This document shows positions 49,534 to 62,989 of a DNA stretch of 64,000 nt, piece by piece. The stretch is from NCBI GenBank assembly GCA_964016885.1, contig OZ024742.1, positions 340,132,001-340,196,000 on the forward strand. Direction: 5' to 3'. The first letter of the stretch is position 1. Every line of letters begins with the position of its first letter. The notes under the pieces are model-generated. The model saw only the letters and a list, made by a program, of their open reading frames with translations. It made no database searches and was not told the DNA's origin. The stretch is from Eledone cirrhosa (taxonomy: Eukaryota). A program made the position numbers and the translations under genes.

Positions 49534-52500
49534 TTCGAAGAAGATAGACGTGTTTTTGTTTCGCTCCTGCATTTTGTCGGAATTTATTACGAGAAGCGGT
49601 AGGTTTGTTTAAGCTACTTGTTATTGGTTGTGTTTAACCCTCGCCTGAGCCTGCAGACGTTGGGTAAAATAAATTTCGCCCCTTTTTGGGGCGAAATTTG
49701 ATAGTTATAAGTTATCGATAAAAAGTCGTTTAGTGACAATGGACGCCATTAACACGACGCATGCTACGCCCCCCAAGGAAAGTGATAGAGAGAAGGTAGC
49801 AGAACAACGCTGTAAGCTTTCCCTCCCCAATCCCGCAAAAGACATCACGGAATCAAAAGAAAAAATTGTAGAAATGGGTGAAAACCCCAAAAGTAACAAT
49901 TACACAAACAAGAACAACAATAACAATAACAACACAACAAATAACAGCAACAATGACAATAACAACACAACCAACAACAGCAATAATGACAACACCAACA
50001 AAGGAAAAAAGCAAGCCAACACGAATAACAACAACAATGATAACAACACGAAAGAAAACGGACCCACAGCTGCAGTCTCCTTCGCCCATGCGGTTCGAGA
50101 AACGCAGACATACAAGGCACTGGACATCTCGAATGCCAAGAAATTGCTGAAAGAAGCAAGGAATTGTGTAAGTTTCGGGGAAGGTGGGGAATTCACAATT
50201 ACCTCCCCCGAAGAAATTAGAAGGTACACAGTCCTCAGAACCGTAATTTTTAGGACAGTTTCGAACGCGACTAGGAAACCGACTCAATTGTCCCAAAGCG
50301 AAATTAAGCTGGTCCTAAGTAGTGCCTGGAAGGATATCGCTTTCATACAGAAAGGGAAACTGTATGGAAGCATATCTGTTTTAATGCAAGATGAATTGGC
50401 GGCACGGGAATATTCTGTGTCGCCAATTGTATCCAAAGCATACACCTTTTTCCCCACATATTTGGGGAAAAGAACTCAAAAGATAAGAATCTCGGACATC
50501 AGGCCAAATGCGAGCATTTGGTGGGTGCTAACGGGATTCTTAGAAGATGAGGACACAATCCTTTCGATAGGCGAATCCACCAGGGGCGTATTCGGCGGCA
50601 ATAGCCTTGAAGTTTTGGTCCAAATGAGACCAGAACGGATAGCAAGAACACCGCAGCGTGTGTCCCTGGATGGAATCGTCTTCATAAACATTTCTGTTGA
50701 GGGCAGGCGACCTTCATGCTACCACTGTTCAAGAAGTGGTCACCTAAGGCTTACTATCCCCTTTTAAATGCCCCCCCCAACAAAAAGACGCTTCTGCCCA
50801 CCCCACACACAACAACACAACCACCACCACAACAACAACCACAACAACACGAAAAAATAACAACACAAGACACTGTCCCACCCAACCCCTCCCCACCTAA
50901 AACAAATACAAAAGCAACCACAACAAAACCCCCAAATATACCCCTCCCCAACAACACGGACGAGGACCCCTTATCAACATCACCCAGTGACGACGAGGGA
51001 GAACCCTTTCAACCGGTAAAAAGAAAGAAAAGAGGCACCACAACAACAAAAATACAACAAACACACAGCGACCAGCACAAACAGAACAAACATCACAAAA
51101 AAACCCACCCCTCCCGAAAACATAACACATACTACAAAACGCAAACACACACAAGAACAACACACAAAAACAAACACAACACAACAAAAACAGTATACAT
51201 ACATCAACACAAACAACAAAATACTTGTGCAAACAATAGACAAAGACCCTTTGGTTTCCACCGAAGGGAAAATGTTCACCAACGCGGCGACTAAACCGCA
51301 TTTAAAAATGATTAGGGTCTCAAGGGACACCTACGCAATGCTCAAACAGAACTTTCCCGAGGACGTGGGGAACCCCTGTACTAGACCTAGCAACCGCGTC
51401 CTCTTGAAATGTTTCCCCACCACCACCCCAGACACCCCTCCCCCACCAAACGTCCCCACCCCACCACACAGTGATGTCTCCACCACATCCCAAACCACCA
51501 CCCCACCAAACAACCCCGCCGACACCTCCATAGAAATTGTGCAGCCTGGTCCCCAGGAGAAGGACAGGTAGGTGTCTTTTCCTTTTTCTCCACGCCAAAC
51601 TCTTCACCACCAACATGGCTGTTATAAGATCTACGCATATCTCTGTCAGCCGGGAGGTGGGGGCGGTGTTGCCGTTCTGCTGCGAAAACACCTGGGCCTC
51701 GCAACACGGAAGGTACACCTGGACCCGGAGGGCCAACTGGTGGTTCTAGACGTCGGCAGTAGTGAAGGTGGAGCCTTCAGGCTGGTGGCACCGTATGCCA
51801 CATCTGGGTCACCGCGACCGGACTTCTTCCAACGCCTAGAGAATTTTCTGGGAACGTCTCGCTCCTTGCTTTTAGTGGGGGACTGGAATGGTATCCTGGA
51901 TGCACGTTGGGACTATGTAGTGGCATGTCCCGATAGAGGGGGTGTAACAGCCTCAAACGGTTAATCGGCCGATTTGATCTGACCGATAGATATCGACTAG
52001 ATTTTCCGACTGTGCCACTGTGGACCTGGTCTAATCGCAGCGGAACATCTAGCTCGTACCTAGATAGGTTCCTAGTTAGAATTAAGGATAGGGACATATT
52101 AAGCTGTCCACGAATGTTCATGGTTGACTATTCGGATCACAAGTTGGTGACCGGAGTGGTCAATCTTGATAGAACACATAGACAAGGACCCGGTTACTGG
52201 AAGCTAAACTTGTCCTTACCGACAAACCAAGATTACAGTATTGCGGATTAGCACTCTAGTTAAGCAGAGGTTGATGGGGGCAATTGTCAACAACAGGCGG
52301 TGGGGCTCTCTCAAGAGAGAAATTAGAATAGAATCGATAGGTTTTAGTCAGGAATTAGCATCAGATAGGAATAGAACTGAAAGAGAATTGATAGATAGAG
52401 TAGAACAGGCGATTAGGAGTGGCAACGTGGCCGGCGTGCTGGCGTCAAGAACGGCCCTAGACCAGTTCTTTGACGCGAAGCACGAGGGCTGCGGTCAGGA

Positions 52501-55095
52501 GTAAAATACGTGCTCTAGGTAACGAGGGAGCCAAAGCTGTTAACTGGGCCCGAGTGACAGAGGCAAAAAGTGGAAACAAGTCTACGATTCGGTCTTTGAA
52601 GGACCAGGATGGACGCGTGATCATTGAACCTGAGCGGATGTGTGCGGCCTTTCAACGGCGATTTGCACGACTGTTCGGGAGGGGCAGCGGGCCGGGTTAG
52701 GCCATGGATTTCGGTCCATACCTCGACGGTCTGCAGCAGTTCTCGGACGGAGAGGCGAAGTCCTGCGAAAGGCCAATTTCAGCCGCTGAGATAGTGGAAG
52801 CGCTGAGCCAATGCGGCAAACGCAAATCTCCCGGTCTCGATGGTCTACCATACAAACTTTATGTAGCGATGCCGGACTTGTTCTCCAATCTCTTCGAGGC
52901 GGTCTACTGTAACTGGCAACAGAACGGGAGAATTCCCAGTTCTGTGACCAAGGACGTAGTCACGCTGGTGAGGAAGGACGAGAACAAGGATGACATAAAT
53001 AACTTCAGGCCCATAACTATGCTAAACACAGAGTTAAAGATTTTGGCCAAGGTGTTAGCGAAGAGGTTGGCGCTTGTCGTCGGGAACCTGGTGGGAGAAG
53101 CGCAGGCATGCGCAATCCCGTCCAGCTCCATACACGACAACCTCCACTTCATGCGATACATCGTAGAGATGGTAGGGAACGAACCCGGCTTTGGTGGGGC
53201 CCTGATCAACTTGGATCAATCTAAGGCGTTCGATAGGGTCGACCATCGGTACCTGGATGCGGTGCTCGCGGCGGCAGGCTTCGGACCCGTTTTCAGGGGC
53301 TGGATTTCTGTAATGCACAGCATAAACACCTGCTCGAGGGTCAAGGTGAACAGCTATCTCTCGCAGCCGTTCCAAATCGCGCGATCAATCCGACAGGGAT
53401 GCCCTTTCACCCCCCTTCTGTATGTGCTGGCTCTCGAGCCACTACTGCGGAAGTTGGAGCTGTTGCAGGGAATTCCCTTGGAACAGGGATTGCGGAAAGC
53501 GGTGTCGGCCTACGCCGATGACGTGACAGTAATGGTGTCGTGCGCCTCGGAAATCGGGCAGATCGGCACCTTACTGGAGGAATACGAAAGATTTACAGGA
53601 GCCAAGCTGAACCGGGACAAGTCCGTCGGTTTGCAACTCGGAACGTGGAGAGGCAAACCGATGCACACCGACGGCGTCGTCGGACGCTGGACGGAAGGAC
53701 CGGTGAAGCTGCTCGGGATCTGGTTCGGACCGGACCGCCAGGTGGAGAAAAACTGGGACGAGGTAACGGGCAGGGTGTTTGCACTCGCCTAGAAGTGGGC
53801 CGAGTGCAAACTATCCCTGAAAGGTCGGCCGAGGGTGGCGAACATTTATATAGCGTCCGTCATCTACTACGGCTTGACCGTCGTGCCTTGCCCAGCGAAA
53901 ATGCTCGCCAAAATGGAGCGCGCGCTCTTCCGATTCCTTTGAAAGAAGCGGGCCCCTTTGATCCATCTTCTGTCAACACCCTTCGAACGGAGGGCTTGGG
54001 ATGCCGTGGCTGACGATGCGTAGACACGCATTAAGGCTACGGCACCTCAAGGTATTCCTCACCGGTCAGCCGGTGTGGGCCCCTTTTGTGAGGCGAGCCT
54101 TTCCGAGACTCGTCTGACTCACCGAGCTGCAATCCTGGATCAAGCAAGACCGAGAAAAATGGGCGACTGGCAAATTGAATGTGCCCAGGCGCTCACATTC
54201 CTCTGGCAAGCGGATCCAGCAGTCAGTGGAGACTCAACCTCAACATTCTATAGAGGGTTGGTACGCAGCAAGTGCGACGACGCTCTCAGAGAGGCTCTGG
54301 GAATGGAGGAAGACGAGCTAGCCAATCTGTTCGGTAGGACGTTTGGCCCGGGACCGATGGACAATTTCCAAAAGTCCCTGGTTTGGCAGTGCTACCGAAG
54401 AGCTCGACCCGTTCGTGACAAGCTCTACAGACACGGGCGCCCGGGTAGGGACCCCTCGAAGAAGATCTGTCCGAGATGTGTGCGTGACCTGGAAACCGTC
54501 GCGCACGCATTCGTACACTGCCCGGGCGTTGCCGACCTGTGGGGCTATGTGGAACGACTACTGTCGCGGGTGGGACCAATCCGGTTGACCACCGAATACA
54601 TTGTCACGATCAAACCACCTCCTCCCTTCATAAACGTTTTTCCTCTGTGTGATAGCTATGGCGAAAGATGTTGTATGGTGGACGAGGTTTAAAGGGCGTA
54701 AGTCAGACACCTTTCTCTCCGGCTAACAACTGTTCCTTTTTTTCATGTACCATTTTAGAAGAAGGAGCAGAATGGAGAGAGAGGTGCTCTACCCCAGCAC
54801 ATTTTATGAAAGGTGGGTGAAAGTAGCGAGAATAGCCCGAGTGAATGGGCCTTCTCTCTATATCACCCTGTAGGTGAGAGTGGAGAAGAAAGAGGAGAGG
54901 AAGGGTGCACCCGCTCTTTGTGCTCATGAGGAAGAGGGTTGCACATTTTTTTCGAGAGTGTGTGCGACCCACGTCAATGCCCCCTCCCTATTGAGGACTT
55001 CGATTGTTGAATTTTATTTGTTATATGTTTTTACACGTCCTTTGAAATGTATTTGTCCCAATCTTTGATGCCCTGGTGGCAAATAAATAGAAAAT
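49534..55095 (+). mobile_element. Near full-length decayed Tx1 copy G (ORF1 about 49739-51571, ORF2 51615-54873)
   Basis: CYHCSRSGH; GDWNG; NLDQSKAFD; AYADD; multiple frameshifts and stops; (TATC)n on both sides. Confidence 0.92.
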
Positions 55096-55123
55096 TATCT
55101 ATCTATATATCTATCTATCTATA

Positions 55124-55156
<33 letters not shown>

Positions 55157-55519
55157 GGAGAGAGAGGTGCTGCACCCCAGCCGTTTCTATGAAAGATGGG
55201 TGAAAGTGGCGAGAATGGCCCGTGTGAATGGGCCTTCACTCTACATCAGACTATAGGTGAGGAAGATGAAAGACCAAGGGAGCACCCCTTCTCTGTGCTC
55301 CTGAGGAGAAGGGTTGCACACTTTTTTCGGGGGTGTGTGCGACCCCCCAAGGCGCCTCCTCTCCATTGAGGATTTTGTTAAAAATTTTATTTTTTGTTAT
55401 ATCTTATTTTATTTTTATATTTTGTTATTGCCTCCTCCTTATTGAGAACGCCTTTTTGTGTAAACTCCCCCCTTTGTACTTGTCCCACTTTTGATGCCCT
55501 AGTGGCAAATAAAAGAAAT
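55157..55519 (+). mobile_element. Very short 5'-truncated Tx1 copy H (A-type 3' UTR)
   Basis: EREVLHPSRFYERWVKVARMARVNGPSLYIRL + 3' UTR; (TATC)n at 55520-55595. Confidence 0.9.
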
Positions 55520-55520
55520 A

Positions 55521-55584
<64 letters not shown>

Positions 55585-55652
55585 AATCTATCTATATATT
55601 TATATATATATATTAATTTTAAAATGTTTCTTGAAATCGTGTGTCGAAACAA

Positions 55653-56067
55653 ATATTGTTATACTTGGGGAGGGTCATATTGTTGTAATGTTGCCAGAAA
55701 TATTAACAGAACACACTCACTGTTTCGCTTCTGTATCTTTTATATCTCTATAGTTAATTTATTTGGCAAACGATGTTTATCATTGATTGACCAACCGTTA
55801 AAAATACAGATATAAATATATATACATAGTCTATCAAAGTTCTTACGTTGCACATCTGCAACATCATCAGTGGTACTATTATGTTCCCTCTTATTGTATT
55901 GTAATGTCTATGCCATTTTTATTTTATTTATTTATTTATTCTTGTCTCTGTCTCTGCGCATGCCTTTGCGTGTGTCTATAATGTTTGGTGTGTGTGTTCG
56001 CGTTTGAGTGTATGTGTTTTTGTTTTTGTATTCTATCTTTGTTCACTGGTGTGTGTTTAAATGTGTT

Positions 56068-56140
<73 letters not shown>

Positions 56141-56713
56141 TTATTTATTTATGTGTCCCTTAAGTCACTATTGTTTGTTTAGGTATGGTTGTTGTTGTTA
56201 TTTATTCAATTTTTCTGTTTAACTTTGGCTTTCTAAGCTCTATTTCGCTCGCTTCTCTGATTTGCCTACCTGTTGGGTCATTTTTATGCTTGGATATTAT
56301 TTTAATTTCTATGTTGTCTATGTTACCGTCATGTTTTTTTCTGGCGTGTTTGTATAGTACTGAACCCTTTTTTGTCCTTTTAGTTCCCCCCAGTGTTGGT
56401 CTATTCTTTCTCCTATGCTTCGAGCTGTCTCACCTATGTATGTCGTTGTCATGTTTCTGCAAGTACCCTCTGTACATCTTATGCTATAGACTACATTTCT
56501 AGTTCTATAATTTATCTGGGGGTTCATTTTACATATAACACATTTCTTATTTGTACAGCGGTTTTTCTTGCTGATCAGAGATTTTTTGGTAGTTCCTGGC
56601 TTTTCTACCACTTTAATCTTTAGATGGGTCTTTCTTAGGGCCTTTCTCTATTGCTTAGCTAATTTCCCTCCAGGGGTAGCATCCACGAACATGACACTCT
56701 GGTATCTCTGAAA

Positions 56714-56756
<43 letters not shown>

Positions 56757-57033
56757 AATAAAAATGGCGTAGACATTACAATACAATAGGAGGGAACATA
56801 ATAGGACCATTGATGATGTTGCAGATGTGCAACGAAAGAATTTTGATAGGCTATATATATATATATATTTATATCTGTATTTTTGACAGTTGGTCAATCA
56901 ATAATAAACATTGATTGCCAAATAAATTAACTATGGAGATATAAAAGATACAGAAACGCAGAGCAACCAAACAGTGAGTGTGTTCTTTTATTATTTCTGG
57001 GAATATTACAACAATATGACACTCCCCAAGTAT

Positions 57034-57041
<8 letters not shown>
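55653..57041 (-). mobile_element. Penelope-like remnant: GIY-YIG fragment (about 56320-56650) inside inverted repeats (about 55653-55939 / 56740-57041)
   Basis: CTNKKCVIC...RNVVYSIRC...TYIGETARSIGERIDQH; flanking arms are reverse complements. Confidence 0.8.
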
Positions 57042-57112
<71 letters not shown>

Positions 57113-57637
57113 CACACATCATGTACATCCCCCATTTCTACTAGGACTCCTTAGTTGTTCTCCCTATCACGATACACCACACTACTACTCTATCGAAGAT
57201 CTGCCCTCCCTCCCCACCAGCACGCGCACTATATCCTCAGTCATCCTCCTTCTAAAATCTTGACACACCAATAATAAACCCTTCGTGGCTATTATCAACA
57301 CAGTTCGTCACACATTATCAGAGGTTACCTCTTCTCTTCTCCTCAAACTGCTGAATTCCACAAACCCCCACCTCACCTGTCATACAGCCATATATATATA
57401 TATATATATATATACGATAAAAATGTTGTCTAATCAGTGGATAATGAAGCAATTAGAATTAAGCACTCAACATCTTCTGGTTCCTTCCAAATATAATTTG
57501 TTAGTCCCTGACGGAGTATATTTAAAATAAGGACAATTGTGAAGATTCGATATAGATGTTCATAATTCCTTTATTCATAAAGCTGTGCTACATATTTCAA
57601 TGGTGATCATGGCTAAGTGATACTTCGATCACGCAAA

Positions 57638-57839
57638 CAGTAACGCGACATCATGAGACAGGATCTTATGCAATAAAGTTATGTTTCCAATACAATGCAA
57701 GCTAAAAGAGAGAGGAACAGAGCGATATGATGTTTATACCACTGAAGGGGTACAGACTTCCGTGGTGTAAACACCATATCGGTCCGTCCCCCCCTTTTTT
57801 TATTGTATTGCATTGCTGTCTGATGATGTAGCGTTACTG
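57638..57839. repeat. Degenerate 200-bp hairpin
   Basis: CAGTAACGCGACATCAT...GATATGATGTTTATACCACTGAAG / CTTCCGTGGTGTAAACACCATATC...ATGATGTAGCGTTACTG. Confidence 0.7.
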
Positions 57840-57856
57840 GTTACATAAACGCACAT

Positions 57857-58007
<151 letters not shown>

Positions 58008-58080
58008 GGTGAGGTTGACGGTTGAGTGAAAGGATTACTTAATACCGAATGAGAGTTTAATATTCATTAATTCATACATA

Positions 58081-58350
58081 TTAACCGTTTCATGGCAATA
58101 TTTCTAACGAAATGCACCACATTTCAGTTAATTAATAAAGAATTTTGAGAGATTTACTAAAATTATTAATTATTTCATTATTATAATAGTAACTATTTAT
58201 GAAACCATTATCGTAATAATAACTTAATGTAAGGTTCCAATAAAAAATTATGTTAGAAGATTATAATTTAAATTGGAAACCTTTAAAATGGGTGATTATA
58301 TTTCATAGAACCGGAACTGGTTTTGGTTGGGTTGGTAACTAAAGGGTTAA
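58081..58350. mobile_element. Possible piggyBac-type non-autonomous element
   Basis: TTAA-CCGTTT ... AAAGGG-TTAA termini; left end degenerate. Confidence 0.4.
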
Positions 58351-58521
58351 GGCTAAAAAGTGAGTTTTGTTGCTCTGGAGTTTTGGTTTTTAGTCTTAAT
58401 ATTAATTAATATATACATGGTGGGGTCGGAGGTGCTTGTTATTGTTATAATTGTAGTAATTGTAGTTGTTGTTGTTGAAGTAGTCTTGTGTTTATATATG
58501 TATGTATGTATATATGTATGA

Positions 58522-58554
<33 letters not shown>

Positions 58555-58771
58555 TGTATGTTCTTCTGGTTTTAAAATTTCACAAATTTTTGCCAATAGA
58601 GAGAGAGTCGGTTTCTAACATAGTTACAAGACTCTCTCATTGGAATTTATACAACATCAAATAGGTAGATATGTATATATGTCTGCATGCATGCATGTGT
58701 AGATATGGATGTTATTGCAAGTGTGGATGTGTATGTTTTGTGTTGTATGTGTGCATGTGCATATGCTTTGT

Positions 58772-58878
<107 letters not shown>

Positions 58879-60152
58879 GCTTTATATATATATATATAAA
58901 TAAATATATATATATGTATATGCATGTATGCATGTGTATGTATATGCGCGAGGACATAGAAATAATCGGGCTGGATACCCGATGGCGCGGTTAAACCACT
59001 GGGAGTGAAGGACCCCTAGCCTTTATCAGGGCATTCTTCTAGGAGAAGGCAACTCAGGAAACTGGGATAACTCCGACATAAAACCTGCGGCTCAGTAGTT
59101 ACCGATGATGTTGATCTTTTCTTCTTTTCGGGTTATAGCTACTGTCGCTCAGAGAGTGGGATTGGCTCAGTGCACAGTCTTTCCTCACTTAAAAAAAATC
59201 TTCACGCACAGGCATTGCACGATGGCATTAATTAATAATTATTAATAATGTTATATCGTGCAATGGCCATACTCGATAACGAGAGGCAGCCATAATCATA
59301 TATGTATGTATGTAAGAAACCCCTTTCCAGAAATAAACTCTGGAGAGAAGTGGAAATGTATGACATCCTAACGTGTATCCTCCACCTCTAACTAACTTAC
59401 TTTCCGCTTCTGTGTCCTGGCTATCAGGATGAAGAAAACATTGTCGCAGAGGGCGGTGAGGAAGATGTACAGTCACTCCATCTCGCGGGGCTCGCATCTG
59501 CAGGCGGCCAACTCCACTCGCTCCGATAGCAGTGAATAGAGATATGGTCCAAGGGCCAAGAACACCGGAAGTTTCCACTGCTACAGGCTCTACCGCAAAC
59601 CTATCAGTTAATGACCGATAATTGGACAGTTTGCCCTCCTCGGCTTGGCGGACGAAGTAGCAGTTGTTATTGTAGCAGTTGTTATTGTAGTAGTTGTTAT
59701 AATTGTTTTTGTGGTAGTAATACTGCCAAAGATTGTTATATCACAATGATAGTGTTGTTGTTGTGGTGGTGACGTTTGTTATTGTTGTAGTTGTTGTAGT
59801 AGATCTAGTTATAGTTGTATTAACACTAAAGATTGCCGTACATCACAATAAAGGTGGTGGTGGCGGCGTTTGTCATTGTTGTAGCTGCTGTTATAGTACT
59901 ATTTATATATATTGTTGCTATTGTTGTTCTCTTTATTATACTAGTTGTTGTTGTTGTAGTATTATTAATTCTTAACGTTGCGGTGTATTACAGTGACGGT
60001 TGTTGTGGTTGTTGTTATAGTGGTGGTGGTGGTGATGGTGGCTGTGCTTGTTGTAGTAATAGCAACAGTAGTAGTAGCAGTAGTAGTTGTAATAGTAGTA
60101 GTTGTAGTCTTAGTAGTAGCAATAGCAGTAGTAGCAATAGTAGTAGTAGCAA

Positions 60153-60209
<57 letters not shown>

Positions 60210-60477
60210 CAGCAGTAGTAGCAATAGCATTAGTAGTTATATTATTAATAATACCATACAACAGTATGTATTAGAGTGATGTTGACACGAGTTTCCCTGT
60301 TATTAACAACAAAAGTCCTTTAAAAGAACAACCACTGACGATCTATTGAGGAATCACTTATTGATTATTTCTCAAGAATTGCTAATGATACATTATACAC
60401 TCCCATTTCCACATTATACACAGCCAATATACACCCACTTCCACATTACACGCTTACCTTTCATGCTTTCTTTCTTC

Positions 60478-60532
<55 letters not shown>

Positions 60533-60653
60533 TCCTTTCTCTTTACTTCTGCTTTCTTTTCTTTCTTTCTTTTCTGTCATTTTGTTTGTTTGTTTCTTTT
60601 CTTTTCTTTTCATTGTTTCTTTCTTTCATATATACTCTTTTTTTATAATACTC

Positions 60654-60724
<71 letters not shown>

Positions 60725-61299
60725 ATCTCTCTATCTCTCTTTCTCTTTCTTAGTTAATTACTTTCTTTGTTTTTTCTTTCTTTCTCTTCCGTCCCTCCTT
60801 TAATTTCTATCTCTCTCACACTCTTTCTTATTCTATATGTATAAATATCTACATTTTCTTCCTAGTATTACTTACTATTTCTCTTTTCCCATCTTTCTAT
60901 CTCTCCTTCTGTATCTCTCTTTCCTTCTCCCCCCCCCCCCTTTCCCAGAAGAACCCTAATAGCTGAGTAAATAAATAAGGGATTGAACTCGTATTTAAAT
61001 CATCCTGAGCTAACCTCCTCCGCAGTTAGTGATGTGAAAGTGCTTTGCAATATGTTACAAGCTTCTCTTGTGACATATTGCAGTTCAATTAGTTCTCGAA
61101 AATATTAGCACACTTCCTAAGAGCGATGTTATAGCCTTTGTATCCACGAGGGAATTTAACTGACATCTAATTCAAGTTAAGAAACCACTGATAGATATCA
61201 CTCACTGGAATATCACTGGCTGTTTTCTGAATGTTGAGGTTCATTTTATATTTAATTTCTTGCTACTTCCTTGTCAAGGATCATTACAATATACGACGC

Positions 61300-61662
61300 T
61301 TAGTGTCGTGTAAATGGTGTCTGTACACTTAGAATAAAAATATATAGGCTTCTTTTGATCATTACTGACCATGGGATTGCACCTGGAAAGTCACTCTATG
61401 CCTGAGAGTAATATACTTTTTAGAAGAGCAGTAGTCACCCATGCATGCAATTATCCCCTTTACATGCCATTGATGTTGCCCAAGGGAAAGGCAAAGGGCG
61501 ATACAGTTAGGAACTAGTAACGTTTCAAATCGTTTCTCATAGTTGAGTGAACTAGAGCAACGTTAAATAAAGCTTATTGCTCTATGAAACAATGCGTCGT
61601 CGGCCGCATGAATCGAACTCACGACTATACGATTGTAAGTCCTGAAGCCCAACCATCTGGCA
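61300..61662 (-). mobile_element. Degenerate tRNA-derived SINE
   Basis: GAATCGAACTCACGACTATACGATTGTAAGTC (B box on the - strand); core shared with 1105-1395. Confidence 0.5.
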
Positions 61663-62224
61663 ACCTACTTGTGTTTGATTTCTTTGTTTCAGCTGATTTC
61701 TTTCATTCAAGTGATTAACGCCTTTGATAGAAAATAAATTAAAAACCTACATAGTGTCAAAGACTCAAATGTTAGTTTCACTTTCACTATACTATTTATG
61801 TAAACGACACACCCACCTTTTGATAGCGTTTATTAGTAATAAACAAGAAGATGTGATTTTTGATATCAGTTTTGCTTATTTCCCCTGTGTCCGGAACGAA
61901 TAAGCATTTTATAAGTTCATTTATAAATATATTTGTGACTAAGAGCAAGGGAATGTGTCAATGTATATAGCAGTATATATAAGCATGTTTGTTTGTATGT
62001 ATGTATGTATGTGTGCCTGTCTGTCAGTATGTCTGAATGTATGTATGTATGTATGTATGTATGTATGTATGTATGTATGTATGTATGTATGTATGTATGT
62101 ATGTATGTGCGTATGGGTTTCCGGTGTATGCGTGCGTGTACGTGTATGTGTGTGTATTGAGAGTGAAAGGAAGAGAGAAAGAGAGTGTGAGAAGGAATGT
62201 GGTAGATGGAAAATAGATACATAG

Positions 62225-62331
<107 letters not shown>

Positions 62332-62334
62332 AAA

Positions 62335-62381
<47 letters not shown>

Positions 62382-62947
62382 TATATATATATATAATATA
62401 TTTATGCATACATACATACATACATATTTGAGGAATATTGGAAAGCAAATGCAAATACAAACAACGTAAACATCAAAACAAAATAGACCTAAGTACAGTG
62501 AAATCCCTGAAATATTTAACAACATTTTTCATAGTTTAGTAAATCTTGGAGAAATATTTACTTTAAATCTAAAGGTTTATATATTAAATGATCTTTACTC
62601 AGAGACAGAGATAAACACAAGTCTTTAATGCGTAACTGATGTTCATACGAATGCTTTTAGTGATTGAGTCAGCCAGTCAGCCAGTCAATAGTTCAAAAGA
62701 CCAAGAGTGGTCTGTATACTAAATAGGCAATGCTTCAATTATTGCTTATGAAGTCATGACCGACTTTAAATACTTGTGGATAATATAACAACAGCGTTCT
62801 TCTCCCCTCCAGTCCACCCCACTACACAGCACACCATACCACTGTACACCACACCATACTATGGCGGTCCTATATATAATAACAGTGCACAATTTTTCAT
62901 CAATTTATCCATAACGTGAGTGTTCAGTGGACCGAAAAGGAACGTTG

Positions 62948-62989
<42 letters not shown>

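Noticed and set aside
59228-59650. GC-richer stretch with a 116-aa minus-strand ORF
   Set aside because: No recognisable motif or splice context; may be part of the neighbouring RTE-like repeat.
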